Source of the DNA: Octopus sinensis
Lineage: Eukaryota
Direction: 5' to 3'
DNA: 64,000 nt
Assembly (NCBI RefSeq): GCF_006345805.1
Contig: NC_042998.1
Location: 44,392,001-44,456,000, forward strand
The notes beneath the pieces are model-generated. The model had not been told where the DNA came from. It was given only the letters and a program-made list of their open reading frames with translations, and made no database searches. Shown piece after piece: positions 63,304-64,000 of this stretch; within the stretch, counting starts at the first letter, position 1, and every line of letters starts with the position of its first letter. A program made the translations under genes and the position numbers.

Positions 63304-64000
63304 ATGTCGTGAGTCCCATATGGCAGAGATGATAGACTATCTGCATAACTCACAAACGTGCTAACCAGCCTGTTTTCTTAATATCATGACGAAGTATTGT
63401 CCGTTACACTAAGCAGCAGGGATACTGTTTACGTCGATTATGAGAAATATATCATGACCATTGAACTATTTTATTTTATTTTAAGTACTAATATACTATG
63501 AATTGGATACAGGCAACGTCCGAAGTAATGTTTATTCCCTTTGGTCTACACATTTATGTTGTGTAAATATAGGTCCGAACCTATTGCCTTTAACTGGTCA
63601 ATGAAAACAAAATAGATAGAAGAGAGAAATAATGTGAACCAGAGAAATGTATTAAATAAAATTGATTATGAACGAATTTTCAAACGTTATTTGTAATGTT
63701 TGTTCGTTTTTCTTGACTTCCAGTGTTATCTCTGTTGTTACTTAAAATTTTTGTAAGTGTTACCGGTCTATAGGGCAAGGTGAGTATCCATAGGTGGGCA
63801 GAGTATAGCTGACATTCGTGTCATTCAACTTCCTGTTATAAAAGCTGAACATGAAATTAATTAAATGACTGCAAATATGTGTCAGTTTGTTTTGTTTTTT
63901 ATATTTATATTTTTCTCCTTTTTATTTTATCATATTTATTTATATGTTTTTGTCGGTATAGAAATCTAATTCAGAATGTTAAAGTCATTAAGGCTTTATG

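Overview
AT-rich eukaryotic, repeat-dominated non-coding DNA. The SINE families and repeat landscape are most consistent with an Octopus (coleoid cephalopod) intron or intergenic region; this is an inference, not a database match. No intact host gene, tRNA, rRNA or CRISPR array is supportable, and most listed ORFs are translations of (TA)n/(CA)n microsatellites. The window holds about a dozen Penelope-like element (PLE) fragments, several abutting (TA)n arrays; about 20 tRNA-headed SINE copies or fragments of about four families; a 5'-truncated CR1/L2-group LINE; decayed mariner, hAT, Helitron and Tx1/RTE-like relics. The most notable signal is a set of type I hammerhead ribozyme motifs with an unusually long stem II (54-77 nt) and a 2-bp, usually palindromic, stem III. 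They occur at four unrelated loci (3672-3762; 12194-12460; 20877-20978; 22236-22327 and 23353-23444). Three of these loci are fold-back (inverted pseudo-LTR) structures, two with no recognisable coding sequence. All folds and alignments were done by eye and need computational and biochemical confirmation.
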